Shown here: positions 1 to 14,181 of the stretch, piece by piece
How the letters are laid out: each line of letters begins with the position of its first letter
Position numbering within the stretch: position 1 is the stretch's first letter
NCBI GenBank assembly: GCA_964016885.1
Contig: OZ024740.1
Coordinates: forward strand, 88,846,001-88,910,000
Direction: 5' to 3'
Length of the DNA: 64,000 nucleotides
From: Eledone cirrhosa
Lineage: Eukaryota
Translations under genes and position numbers: made by a program
Notes under the pieces: model-generated
What the model saw: the letters and a program-made list of their open reading frames with translations, nothing else
Told to the model about the DNA's origin: nothing
Database searches by the model: none

Positions 1-147
1 ATAATATATATATATGTGTGTGTGTGTGTGTGTATATATACACACACACACAGGCACATGTGTATATATAGTTGTGAGTGGATTCTATTGTTGGCTGTCT
101 CTGTTAATTGTTTATATTGCTGCTCATTTTTTCTGTTGTTTAATTAT

Positions 148-392
<245 letters not shown>

Positions 393-870
393 TATATGTT
401 GGGGAAACATTAACACAAATAAAGGCAATATCAACAAATTGATTCAGTCAACAAACAATAGTTTCTGCTCATAACAAAATAAGCACTTTAATAGAAGACA
501 GAATAATGGCTAACAAGAAAATAGGACATCAGATCAAATATGGAATTATGTCAATTGCAATGTAATAACCAGGAAAGAGATTGCTAGCACCAATAAAACG
601 CTAGTAATTAACGGACGGGTTTTTGCAGTAATTTATTTGAGCTACATTTTGAAGACTGTGAAGTACGTTTCGATAGTAGTCATTAAGGTTATAATACAAC
701 ACATTAAGGCATGCTTTAGTTCAAACAGTGCGAATTGTAGTTGTTTTAGAGAATCGTCTAAAGTGTGATTAAGATTGGAAAAACGCAAAATTGTTATGTA
801 TGAAGCCTTCCGTTGGTTATTAACAATTGTTGAAATCGATTAACGCCTGAGGATACAGATGATAATAATA

Positions 871-979
<109 letters not shown>

Positions 980-1137
980 TAATAATAATAATAAAGTATA
1001 TATCCCTTCACGCAAAATTTGCACACGGCACTGGACAGAGTTGCTTCTACATCATTCGTCCTCATCTCGGGAACAATTTTGAATACCGCCAGTTCGTAAT
1101 TCGAACTCCGGAATTTTATATTCTCCGAGTGAAAAGA

Positions 1138-1221
1138 ACCTTCTGACGAGTCTTTCTTTTCAATGGAGGCCCGTAAGGACTATCCATTTATTTCTGAGAC
1201 TCGAAACCGTACGGTAAAGGT
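1138..1221 (+). ncRNA. Type I hammerhead ribozyme
   Basis: Stem I ACCTT/AAGGT; core CTGACGA (1143); stem II GTCT..AATGGA..TCCATT..AGAC; GAAA (1203); palindromic stem III ACCGTACGGT; GTA cleavage triplet. Confidence 0.8.
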
Positions 1222-1277
1222 ACAGTGAATATTTAAAAATTTATTTTAAAACTTTTTTTTATTTGCTAAACCTTGTT

Positions 1278-1308
<31 letters not shown>

Positions 1309-1349
1309 TAAAACAATGAAATTAAATAAAAAACGGTTAATTCACAGTA

Positions 1350-1496
1350 AAACTCATTATTTTACGATCGTTTCTGGGGGGTAGTTCCCCGTATGTCCAT
1401 TCTATTATTGATATACGTAAATTATATTACAAAATATCATAGTAAGAGAATATACATACGTCTTCACTACCCGCCGTCATCAGAAATAATGAGTTT
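1350..1496 (-). ncRNA. Type I hammerhead ribozyme with long stems I and II
   Basis: On the - strand: AAACTCATTATTT-CTGATGA-(about 100 nt hairpin GGGTAGT..CGTATGT..ACATACG..ACTACCC)-GAAA-CGATCG-TA-AAATAATGAGTTT; 13-bp perfect stem I. Confidence 0.88.
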
Positions 1497-1540
1497 CGTT
1501 TATTGAAGAATACAAAAAAAATATACATATGAATAAGTAA

Positions 1541-1725
1541 CTGTTTTTATTTAGGCACAAGGCCAGCAATTACCCAGTGCATTACTGGTACTTTATTTTA
1601 TCGACACCGTAAGGATGAAAGGCAAAGTCAACCTCGGCGGGATTTGAACTCATATCGTAAAGGGACGTAACTATGCTGGAAAGCATGGCGTCCGACCCTC
1701 TACCGATACTGCCAATCCACCGGGC
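1541..1725 (-). mobile_element. tRNA-derived SINE with Nin/Deu-like central domain
   Basis: A-box TGGCAGTATCGG, B-box GAGTTCAAATCCC, then TTTGCCTTTCATCCTTACGG..GATAAAATAAAGTACCAG; flanking duplication TACATATGAATAAGTA; at least 7 copies in the window. Confidence 0.85.
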
Positions 1726-2657
1726 TTACATATGAATAAGTACATATGAATAATTAACTTGTTATAACCAGGTTGAGGTTGACCAATAGTAAAGAAAAGC
1801 AAGGGGCAGTATAGATCCTTAAGTTGGTAGTAGTAGATTAATAAAAAAGCCGTCAGGGAATGAGGTATCAATTGACTTTTAAGAAAAAAAGAAATGAAAG
1901 TTGCTAGTGTAAATGAATTTAGACATATTGTATATAAAAGTGTTGAAGGTCAAAGAAGATTAAGGTTGGAGGTAAAGGGGTATTGAGATTAGCGTGTTAC
2001 ATCAAGTAGAATGGTATAGAACAATCTTAAAATGTTTGTTATTTCTTTGTTGAGAGGAATAATTTATTCTAAAAATATATAATATAATGAGTAGAGGAAT
2101 ATAAATGGAACCAAATGGAAGTAAAAATTTAGATAAGATATAGATAAAATATTATATAGGTAAGAAAATACTAAAGTTTGTGTAAGTATTGTATTGTGTT
2201 AGAGTGGTTAGAATGAAGCTTTCCCTGTAGGGAATTATATTTTCGAATAAGAATCTACATTAATAATCTGTTTTATTATTTTAAAAAGGAGGTTTAAATG
2301 GATGTTAGATTATTGAAAATAATGTAATATATAGTGCTAAATTATAGTTAATTACTTAAAACAGTTATAGGGATTAATCCATGGATTAATTCTAATAGCA
2401 GAAAAAAAATATATATATATATATATATATACATACGCATACATATATACACATATATATATATATACACACACGTACATACACACACATACATACACAT
2501 ATGTATACACGTACACACACATACATATAGTATATACACACACATATATACATGTACACACACACATGTATATATATAGGCATACACACGCACATATACA
2601 TATTCACACACACATATATTCACACATTTTTTCTCCTATACCATTTTCTATATTTGT

Positions 2658-3060
2658 TTAGTCGTGTTTATAATATTTGAATGTCCTTCTAATTTTATGG
2701 TTACATACTATAATTAATTCTTGTCTTTTATTTAATAGAGTATCCTTCGATTTAGTAATTTCAAAAATTCCTTGCGAACACTGTCCACACTCCCTTCTAT
2801 TGCCCTGATAAGAAATGGCTCTCTTAAGAATCTTCCAAGTTAGGTTATATTCAATATTCCTCTTTTTATAATTATTAACTGCTTCTGCTAAAGAAGTGGT
2901 ATTAGCTAATTTTGTGTTTCGGAAACTGTGGGTGTGTGCATAAAATCTCGATTTAAACGGATTAGAAGTGGATCCAATATAGGATTGATTAGAGTCCTTA
3001 GTGGTGATTACACATGTATATACTATATTATTAATTAAGCAATTTCCGTATAATATAGGT
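2658..3060 (-). pseudogene. PLE (Naiad-like) GIY-YIG endonuclease fragment
   Basis: GNCLINNIVY..SYIGSTSNPFKSRFYAHTHSF..TSL..WKIL..CxxC..LLNKRQEL..CNH; no RT upstream. Confidence 0.85.
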
Positions 3061-3434
3061 GCCAGAAAAGGATGGTTTGTCATAGAAAGTTTTGTACCAA
3101 AGAAAAGATAATGGTCAGGAAATAGTAGGGTGGGGGAATGTTCCGGTTCAGTGAGCATGACTGATGTCGTGCTGACGTGTCAAAATTCAGCCATATTGAC
3201 TAAACCATCGATGGAAAAAAGTTTTCAGTGGGGGTTTTCATTAAAATGAAATATACTTATCCAAGTACCCTGGGCAATGTAGTGTCAGAATATATATGGT
3301 TAGAGGAGTAGTTCGTGAACAAACAAACAAACAGACAGGAATACATGTCAACATGGACCTGTTATTGTTATCTAAAGACATGTTTTCCAATTCCATCCTG
3401 CCCGTCCCCTCAATCTATTTTATTTCTCATTCTT

Positions 3435-3470
3435 TCTTCTGATTAAGGACTAGCATACGAAACGTTAAGA
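3435..3470 (+). ncRNA. Degenerate minimal hammerhead
   Basis: TCTT-CTGATTA..GAAA-CG-TT-AAGA; G8 mutated; palindromic AACGTT stem III. Confidence 0.45.
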
Positions 3471-3556
3471 CCCTCTTCCTGCTATATCAAGCGTTAACCT
3501 AATATATACCTTCCATATACACTGCACCGATTTTTACCTTTTACATACATTATATG

Positions 3557-3706
<150 letters not shown>

Positions 3707-4691
3707 TATATATGAGTGTGTATGTGATTGTGACTGAAATTCACTAACAATATTCTATTCGGGTCAAGGATTCTGCAGTTGTTACGTTGCTTGACATAGA
3801 ATATGCATTGAACAGAGATATGGTTTAACCTTATATTTAATGAAATTTCCATTCATACATATTATTTTCCATCGTTAATATAAAGAAAAAACTCAGAATT
3901 TGTGAAGACGCTCTTTGTCGCTCACAATGTCCTTGATTCTATTCCAAATAACCTTTAGATACGTCAATATTTGGGATAGTTTCAAAGTCATTAAATAGTA
4001 TATTCTGGCACTGGTTACAATAATTCTTAAGCTTTTAGTGAATTACAAAGCAATACAAAAATTTAGTTAATTATACGTATAGAAATACTTTGTATGATTA
4101 TTCAAAACAGAAACTCGCTGAATGGAGATTGGTAGCTTTTATTTTGTGAATCTTTTAATAGAATATGCAAATTTATTTCTAATGTCAATTCAGTGGTCGG
4201 GCCCTCATTCAGCAAATGATTGGAGTAATATTATCTTTGTTTTGATTAAAATTATTTTGTAAATAACAGTAATGCTACTATATCAAGAAAATCTCACTAA
4301 GTTGTGATATGATTTATGAATTAACAAGTATTTAACAAATAGAGTCTTTGGAATAAATCCCCCTGTGTCGTTGGAACAGCAAATCAGAAATTATCCAGCT
4401 GTGAGAATAGAGACATTCGTTATGTTTCAATACCCCCTCTCTCTCTTCCGTTCTCTCTCTCTATCCCTCTCTCTTACATATTCAGGTATTCTACTAAATA
4501 AATATTTATACTATCACCAAATTGTTTGTACTATGTTGTATTGTGTTGCATGAGACTTTATGAATCTGAAAACTCTATTTTGTGAATCTGAAAACACTAT
4601 TTTGTGAGATTCTTTATAACAGCTAGTTGATTTGGAGCACTGACAGTGCACCACTCGTGTTAAGTAGTTTTATTCTAAATACTATTCTAGG

Positions 4692-4912
4692 AGGGCTGGA
4701 TTGACAGTATCAGTAGTGAGTCGGACACCATGCTTCGTAGCATCGAGTTACGAACCTTTACGTTCTAAGTTCAAATCCCACCGAGATTAGCTTTGCCCTT
4801 CATCCTTACGGCGTCAATGAAATAAAGTACCAGTAATGTACTGGGGTCCATTTAATCGACTTTCCCCCACCCCAAAAATTGATGATCTTGTGCCTAAATT
4901 AGAAACCATTAT
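4692..4912 (+). mobile_element. tRNA-derived SINE (older copy)
   Basis: Same head, B-box (AGTTCAAATCCC) and central domain as 1541-1725; TTATTCTAAATA on both flanks. Confidence 0.8.
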
Positions 4913-5684
4913 AAATATTATTCTAAATAACACGTTTACTGGGACGTACCTTTTTTTATATATTTACTTCCTTCTTTTAATCGCACAACATATATAAGTT
5001 ATTCCATTTTGATATTCATTTCATATAGTTACAGAATATTCTATATGTTATACGATCAATTTATATTTGCACTAAGTGCAATGACCTTAGATCTAAATAA
5101 ATATGTTGAGATAATGCAACGTACAGAATATGCATGATGATGATATGTAACTTATAAGTATTTCGAAAACTTTCAGTACAGAGCTGAAAGAAATATTTAG
5201 ATCCCGGAGAAAGTTATTGAAATGTTCCGCTTTTAAGATCAGTCTAGCTGATATGACCGTTTTCATATTTTCTTAAAAATCGAAACAGATCATAAGCCGT
5301 TATTGATTTTCTATTGACTATGTTGAAATGCCAAAAGAAATGATTAAGAATTTGTGGCACTCATATTTTTGCCGTGCAGAAAGGGGGGGGGGTATAAGTA
5401 AAATCATCTTATAGGTAATCCTGTATCGAATCGAAAACGGGCTACAGAATGATCTTAACATGAGCTTTTATCTTAATATACGACGTCGCATATCGTACTA
5501 GTTAATAATATTTGCCATTAATATTACGAAATCGAAACATTTGATGACTGTGTTTTCATGTAAAGTAACAAATGAAATATATGTATGTATATGAATATAT
5601 ATAAATATGTATATATAAACAAATAAATATATATATATGTATGTATATGAATATATATAATTATGTATATATAAACAAATATAT

Positions 5685-5776
<92 letters not shown>

Positions 5777-7576
5777 CGGGATGGATTCAGCCTGAAACTG
5801 GTTAAACTATTACTCAATAGAGTATTTGATACTATCTAATCTAGCTAATATGGCCGTGTTTTACACTTGCAAATAAGAAGGACCAGGGCCGCTCCTCAGA
5901 GCATTGGATTTGGTGTAATTCATATTTGTTTCTGTTGCTGAATGCAATCACATTCAAACTAAATCGGAATTCATCTGGCTGCATTTACAAACTAAACACC
6001 GGTTTAGCATTTAATATTGTCCTAGCTATAATAAGATATTCAGGAATAGTTTTTCCCGCCACCCTTATGTATATGTTTTCATCCGTCAAAGATGCTTCTG
6101 TTAGTATTGTAGTTCTAAATTCCAGGTGTTACCATAGATCCTTGATATTCGGCAATGATCCAGAAACATGAAATATCATTGTGTAATTATTCTGAAAACG
6201 GCAATTCTGTCATGATTAAATAGTGTTTTATCTGTCTGTCACCACTAAGTGTATTGTTTCCTTCCATCTGACGAAACAGTCCTAACATCTACGTCCATTC
6301 CATTGCAAACGTTGACATTCTGGAATTCACTCTGCTCATTTTTGCCCATAAGCGTTCTTTTCCAACTCTTCCAGAAGGACTTTTATCAATACCAACCTTG
6401 GCATCGAAGTAAAAACAAAAATGTGGCACATGCATCAGTGTTTTACAACGCACATATATGTTATACATACTTATATATAACTAGATGAATTTTAATAAAA
6501 TGTTGAAATATATTTCCTTGCTTTTAAATATCTGATGTATATATAACAGTTATGGAGATAGTTACCCTAATCTCTCCATCATTATCCCGAGTTGACCAAA
6601 CCATGGTCCAAGGCAGAAATCATTTTGAAACATATTAGATAGACTGCCTTTCTTCTATGGTTAGCCCAAACATCTGAAAGCGTCCTGACAAGATAAGCTA
6701 AGAAAGATTTGCTAAGGCTCTCAAAACCTTGCATAACAAATATGTTTAATTATGTACTTAACGTTAATAAAAGCATGCCCTCATACCCTTTGACTTTGGG
6801 ATATAGACGAATCTAACGAAAGATCTACAAGACTTGAGCATCTCTCTAAACATTTAGATGTCAATTTCATTAGTTTAATATATATAAAAATGAGTGTATA
6901 TTTCAAGACGTAGGTCGGGGTTGAGCAACAAAACAGCTGAAGTCTTGCATAGCAGCGCCTATATTCAATGAGAAATCCATTAGATTCATGGTGTTTTCTG
7001 ATAGTTTCCCGAAATCAGGCTACAATAGGTTACTGGTAGTAGTATTATCTAAAGCTAATTGTTTCGATAATGAATATCGGGCTAAAATCAAGAGCAGTTT
7101 CCCTTTCACATTCACTTCTTAAAATAGAAACAAAATTAATGATTTTTTGTTGTTATATTCTTTGTATATGGGAACAATTAGTTTAGGTGATAAATAATCT
7201 ACGTAAGCCGCAAACGATTCTTTCTGCTTCTGAAATATTGGCCGCACCTCGAATAAAAATAGAAAGTCGGATTAAAAACTGTACATCCAGGTTTATCTCA
7301 CCCCAATGAATTCGAAAGGTTGTTTAGAAAAGAAGGTTATTTGTTTTCTTTCAGAATCGTTTTTGCAATAATATGAAGCTAGAGTCTGCTTGACTGATTC
7401 ATGTTGCTTAAGGGATGTGGATAATCTTTTTTTTGTCAACAGCAATAAGATATAACACTAAAGTATTTTATGACACCTTTATAATTGCAAATAGTACAAA
7501 AGCTTTACGTGCGTATTAAGACGGCTGAAAAAATATAAACATGCAATCGATATCTCTGAAACTGAAAACTAAGCAA

Positions 7577-7577
<1 letters not shown>

Positions 7578-7672
<95 letters not shown>

Positions 7673-7698
7673 GTTGTTGTTGTTGTTGTTGTTGTTGA
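7578..7698. repeat. (ATT)n/(GTT)n microsatellite
   Basis: Direct reading. Confidence 0.95.
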
Positions 7699-8719
7699 TG
7701 GTAGTAGTGGCGGTGTTGTTTTGTATTATTATTGTCTTTACAGTTATTGCTTTTGTTATTGCTGTGATGGCGCTATTATTATTTATCTGTAACATCACGA
7801 ACGTTTTTTATTTTTGATCTCAGCTTCTAGAAACTAAATCCTTGCTGAAAATATTCTTTACAAATTCCTTAATGCGTTCTTCTACACTTCTAAAGGGAGA
7901 CAGCTTTCATTTCGTTGAAAAATTAGCTGAGTGGTAAAGGCACGTTTCGTGTTCTATTACAATTTCAAGCGAGTAACCATTTAACTTCCTGTAGAGTGCA
8001 TTCCTACAATCAAACTATTAACGATCTCGTTGAGATAAATACATTTCTCCATGGACTCCCCTCGTGAAGAACATTCGAAAGAGAGAGGTACATATATTTA
8101 CTGACGAATGCATACTCAATTGTGTGTATCTGTACTATATTTGATACAACAGACTAGGGACCATTGATTGATTCAATATATTCGGCAACATTGATTAGAG
8201 TGGTATTAATGATTTTCGTCAATTTAATGGTAACACTTCTAATTCAAAAGCTCTGCGTACTTCAGCAGATACATATTGATATGGGCTTTATTTTCCTTTC
8301 TAACCACTGTTGTTACATGTCTAATTGGGCACCTATCATAAGTTCAAATATGTAATTTGGTTACTTCTGTCTCAATAAGAAGGCAGCTTATTGTAGATAT
8401 TCAATTCCATAGTGTTAAAACTCACTGGAGCCCAGAATGAAACACTCTGCGTAGGAAAGAGTTGTTATTGCTCCTTTAGTAGTTTTTGCTTGTGCTTTCC
8501 TTGTGGTTTAACCGTGGATAAATTACGATCGAGTAGATATATCGCTAATATTTGTGTCCAGGAAATACTTCCATGTCAAATATAATCGTCATTATTTAAA
8601 TCTATATTGTATGTTCCCAAAAAGTCATCAGAAAATGTCTCTCAATCTGCCTATCCTATTTGATTTTTCGTTCTCCCCTTCTTTCTCCCCTTCTTTCCCC
8701 CCTTCTTGGCCCACTAATT

Positions 8720-9385
8720 CCTGTGAGGGTTGTGGAGTCAGAGTCATTAAACACTCATTCAAGCGGATCCTGTCAGAAGGAACCATCTCCAACTGATCCG
8801 GCTGGATAGCCAAGGGAGACCAGCCAAGCACATGGATGTTATCTAACCATCTTGCTCGGGGTCTACCGCTGTGTCTCCTGTCGGTTGTATTTGCCCGTAA
8901 AATCTGTGCAGCGTTTCTTTCCCGAGACGTTCTAACTATGTTCCCATAGTTTCAGACCTATGATTTATCAATTCCGAGAAGTAGTGGCCCCCAACTGGAG
9001 TGACTTGCTGATTTATGAGCTACGCACTCTATCGTGTAACGTGATTCCAAATACCATTCCGAGAAACCCCATTTCACCTGCTTGTATTGGCGATCGTATT
9101 CTGTCGGTCATTACCCAAGATTCATGACCATAAGTAATGGTTGGGACGAATACCGAATTAAAGATAGCGAGTTTGGTTTATATACGTACCTCTTTTCGTT
9201 CGACTACCGAAGGTTACTGCTCGCGCATTACTGTAACAGCTTCTGAATTTCCTGCACTTAATTCACCCTCCTGCCTTCCATAATTCGTGAACACGGCTCC
9301 GAGATACTTGAACTTCTCTACCTGGTTCAGTGGAACTCCATTCTATTCACAAGTAAAGTGCACTGCACAGGCTTTCCCTCTCTGT
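8720..9385 (-). mobile_element. RTE-clade LINE, 5'-truncated 3' fragment
   Basis: - strand encodes QVEKFKYLGAVF-type RT C-terminus and is homologous to 30565-31250 and 47960-48640. Confidence 0.75.
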
Positions 9386-9398
9386 ACCACTCTCTCTC

Positions 9399-9451
<53 letters not shown>

Positions 9452-9476
9452 CTCTCTTTCTCTCTCTTTCTCTCTG

Positions 9477-9508
<32 letters not shown>

Positions 9509-9642
9509 TATATAATTAGGGTAAACATTGATGCAATTCAATTCAAGCACTCAACGTACTTTTTCCACATAGGAGTGACGGAGTAAATATCGAATAAGGA
9601 AAAGCGAAGTAGTTTCAGATGTTCAAGTCCTTTAATAATAAT

Positions 9643-9716
9643 GCTGTGATATATATTTCAGTGACGACACTGGCCACACTGTTCTGTGTGCGAGTGTCGT
9701 GTCATCATCAGACAGC
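9643..9716 (-). ncRNA. Type I hammerhead ribozyme (left arm)
   Basis: Reverse complement of 10343-10416. Confidence 0.88.
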
Positions 9717-10342
9717 TTGTTACATAATAAGGTTGTTTCCGAGGCAATCCAAATTGAATCGACATGGGAACGGATGAAGTTCGTGCTTTTGGGTTTTTCA
9801 TCCGTTCCCTTGTGAGTACCAATTCACCCCCACCGGTTTGCGCAAGCGCATGTCCGAAGGAAGTTGACCATTAGCACCGCAGATTTCAACGAAATTCGCT
9901 GTCAGTCGCCCACCTATGCCCTGCCAAGGTTTGCTGCTACCCATCATTACTGTGCAGTCAGCCGAGAGCCAGAGGGGATGGGAGGGTGTTAGTTTTTATA
10001 GGTCATAATACTACCTTTCATTAAGCGTTGACAGTAAGACTAACCGTCAACTCATAAGGGAAAATAAACTTAATTCTAGGTACTATGCTTTTACATTGTA
10101 AGTTAAGAGTGAGAGTTGGAAATAAAGGTTAAAATCCTAGATCAAATATCAGAGATTATAAATTAAACAATTAAGAATTCAAAAATTCTAAATTCAAAAA
10201 TTTTTTTTCAAAGTGATAATTCGGATTGCGCAGACCGGTGGGGGTGAATTGGTACTCACAAGGGAACGGATGAAAAACCCAAAAGCACGAACTTCATCCG
10301 TTCCCATGTCGATGCCTCGGAAACAACCTTATTATGTAACAA

Positions 10343-10416
10343 GCTGTCTGATGATGACACGACACTCGCACACAGAACAGTGTGGCCAGTGTCGTCACTG
10401 AAATATATATCACAGC
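10343..10416 (+). ncRNA. Type I hammerhead ribozyme (right arm)
   Basis: GCTGT-CTGATGA-TGAC..GACACT..CACAC..GTGTG..AGTGTC-GTCA-CT-GAAA-TATATA-TC-ACAGC; ATC triplet. Confidence 0.88.
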
Positions 10417-10909
10417 ATTATTATTAAAGGACTTGAACATCTGAAACTACTTCGCTTTTCCTTATTCTATATATATATATATATATATATTTGTATATAT
10501 ACATATATATATATATATGTCTGTATGTATGTATGTATGTATATGGCAGGAGAGGGTTTGCCTACAGAAAAAATAAATGAGGCAGAGTTAATAAAGATCA
10601 TGATCCTAACCCAATTATCTCATTACCTTATATCTAAAGTCTTATTTGATTCTCTCTTATCTCCCTTTTCAACTTGGCATCCCTGCGCTAAACAATTTAG
10701 TATTATTTACTAGCTTGATGAAATACCTGTACTGCATGATTGTTCGATGGAGGAAGTAAAAAATAATACCTATTACATCACTCCTCCCATTTTTGTTATT
10801 TCTAATTACCACACACACACAGGGATATATACATACACATACATACACGCATACATATACATACACACACTCACGCACGCACACACACGCACACACATAT
10901 ATATATAAG

Positions 10910-11039
10910 AAAAGAGTCGAAACGGCCGGAGATCAGCCGTCGGAGTCCTGACTCTTTTCCTATTACCCACACTACTACCCTAAGTATCGAGTACTCTGGT
11001 GCGTTATGGTCCACCTGGTTCCTTACCACACTTTCTTTG

Positions 11040-11041
<2 letters not shown>
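10910..11041 (+). mobile_element. 5'-truncated terminus with the 3' half of a hammerhead
   Basis: GAAA-CGGCCGGAGATCAGCCG-TC followed by sequence homologous to 16666-16790; flanked by TA. Confidence 0.6.
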
Positions 11042-11104
<63 letters not shown>

Positions 11105-12149
11105 CATACATATATATACACATATACATACATGTATATATATATTTGTGTGTGTGTGTGTGCGTGTGTGTGTGTGCGCGCGTATGTGTGTGATAGAAGA
11201 GAGAGAGTGAATGTGTGGGCGTGGGTGTGTGCATGAATATGTTAAGTTTCATTGATGTCAAAAGAATGGACTGCGATGAGTAAACAAAATCTGATTACCC
11301 TCATGCATATTTAACTTCTGAGATGGAGACAAACATATCTGTAATGCATAATGAATAAGCTTATATTTTCAAAGTCCAGTTAATTTGAATTTGCGGCAAT
11401 GATGACGTTGACGGCCTGTTTGAGCTAAGTGCCTATCTATCTTACTAAGTGTTACATGTGTCAACTAATGACGGTAAAAGGCGAACTTCCCCTAACGTTC
11501 TTCGTGTCCCATTGCAATTATTTAATAAGACTGTTAATAACAAAGTATAAAGGGAGCAATATTGATTCATGCCGGACATCACTCCCGACAGAACATTTCT
11601 TAAGCTGGATAAAGAGATTGATAGGGAGAAAAATAGTACAAAATCTACAGAAGTGATTGAATATTTCATACCATAGATAAAACAAATACAATAAAATGTG
11701 GTTTATATGAGATATTGTCTGTCACATAATCATTGCTACTTTTGCGTTTATTTAAATCACCCAAATATTATATTCTCATTCTCATTAATGCATATATTAA
11801 TTATGAAATATGAACTATTTATTTTATAATATTTTGTTTCATACCATATTTTACGATTCTATTCCGAAAGTATTAAATATTAAGAATATCTGAATATTTG
11901 CTTAGATGTATCCAATAGTGCTTCTATGTTAGTCATTTGAAATATTTGGCACTGCTCACGCGCAATATCCTTAATATTCTACCAATAATAACATTGTTTG
12001 TTTCCTACAATTGTTTAAAAGGAAACCTTGTAAGTTTTTATTTGCAGGTGTTATTTGAAGTAGTTATTTGTTTCACAATAAGCTAATCAATATTGGTTGA
12101 CATTGGTTAAATCTAGGGGAAAGAGAGGACAAGATAATGAGATATAGAT

Positions 12150-12265
<116 letters not shown>

Positions 12266-13966
12266 GTAATATGTTGTTGGTTATTCATAATCTCATCATA
12301 TATTTGTAAACAATTTTTTATGCAGGTTACCAAATTTATAATTTCATTAGTAAATTAATTATCATTGTTTAACTTATTGTCAATATTGTTGATACGACAA
12401 TATCATTCAAATATTTCCTTTTTATCATATCGGAATCGTGTCATGTTTCGATGATATCATATAAACCGCTTTATATATTTTCCCCTGTTCTACTTTCCTC
12501 TATTGCAAAAGGAGAAATTTTTCATGTATGCAAAATGATACCGTGCGAAGGGCGTGGCCATAGGAATTATGCACGGCGTGTGAATCGGTTGTGATGTTAT
12601 CTATTAAAAATGATGAAGTAACGTGCTGGTTGATTTCGGTAATGATATTCCTTATAATCTATTGCTTAGTTAAATATCCAGAAGCTATAGCGTTACAAAG
12701 CAACGAATATTCAATTGAAATATTTCAAAGGGAAATTTGAAGGGAAGGAATATATTTTCGCTATCCGATCAGATGCAACACGCAATAACCTGTTAAATTG
12801 TTAATTTCACTGTGGAAATAAAGAACGAAAACAAATGAAAATGAGATAAGTTCTATCTTTTTGACGCTTAATTATGTTTATTCATTCTTCAAAGAAAGCC
12901 GTTTTCTTTCTTATTTCTCTATAATTTGTAACTGTTTGTGGTCTAAAAATATCCTAATTAGTTGCTCTTTTCTGTTGTTTATATTTCTGTTTTCCTGATA
13001 TTCTATTATCTGCTTCCTTTGATATAAATGAGTTATTTGCATTTATAATCAACAACTATTTGTTTCAGTGTATCCACCTCATAGAAGTGACGATATCATT
13101 GAAAATACACGCGTGTAACGATGTATTAACAACGCATCGATCACACACACAGGATAATCAGCCACATAACATGGCAGAAATCAGGGGAGAAGTAGAAGAA
13201 AATGAAAGAAATTACCAGATACCGAAGGGTATGAACAACGAAGTTGAAAGGATATATTTTAGCAGTGCGGCAAAATAAGTACATGTTGAGGTTTATTATC
13301 ATCCTCATAAATAATCTCGACAGCACTTGTGCTGATACCTCTGTGGGTATTCTAGAAAATATCAAATTATACATCTTGGAGATCTGTTTCTGGGCATAAG
13401 GAATATAAACGTTTCTTAAGTTCTTTATCACAAATCTATTGAGTGTATAATGGTAATAAGGTAGAATTTAGGAAAGGATATATCTTAGATGAGGTAGAAT
13501 TTGATAAAAAAAATAAACGCTATAAGAATGTGTTTATGAAAAACAAAAACTATTAATAGATGGAAGAAGGGTGCTTTCATGAACTTACATCTATAGCGTA
13601 TGATACTTTCCGTGAAATGTCTACACAACAAACATCGATAAATGGAAGCAATAAACAATTTTACAAAAGGGAACACTAGCATCGCCTTTTTTTTTTACAG
13701 GTCTCGTCAATTTGTATTACGTTGACGGATCTATGATAATTTCTTAGCCCAGGGTATTAATCGTTAGTAGATCTAAGATACTACATGATCTGTAAGCAGC
13801 AGGTATATTTGTTCATTTGACGAAGGTTTCACCAGCTGTTTTTTAGTTATAAAATTATCTTACGGCTTTGATATCGGCAAATATAAAAGTTAATGTCTCG
13901 GCATATTATGTATGATCTATCTATTGTTAGATCACTATATCTAAGATGTATAGATAGTTATTCATT

Positions 13967-14146
13967 GGATTGGCGGTATCGGTAGAGGGTCGGGCGGCAT
14001 GCTTTGAAGCATAGAGTTACCTCCCTTTATGATCTGAGTTCAAATCCCGTCGAGATTAACTTTGCCTTTCATCCTTACGGAGTCGATAAAATAAAGTACC
14101 AGTAATGCACTGGGATAATTGCTGGCCTTGTGCCAAAAGTAGAAAC

Positions 14147-14150
<4 letters not shown>
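13967..14150 (+). mobile_element. tRNA-derived SINE
   Basis: TGGCGGTATCGG A-box, GAGTTCAAATCCC B-box, same central domain. Confidence 0.85.

Positions 14151-14178
<28 letters not shown>

Positions 14179-14181
<3 letters not shown>

Larger units (their letters stand above)
9592..10467. mobile_element. Non-coding inverted-arm HHR element
   Basis: Arms 9592-9845 and 10226-10467 are near-perfect reverse complements (12-nt indel), with a spacer of about 380 bp; right end abuts (TA)n. Confidence 0.85.

Noticed and set aside
780-860. GAAA-TCGA-TT with an upstream hairpin and downstream CTGAGGA
   Set aside because: No core in the right order and no stem I; at most a decayed HHR.
2100-2390. ENNVIYSAKL-like GIY-YIG trace on the + strand
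   Set aside because: Too many stops and too AT-rich to call.
6246-6400. Possible terminal exon on the - strand (..GIDKSPSGRVGKRTLMGK..)
   Set aside because: Short open frame after an AG with no recognisable homology or partner exons.
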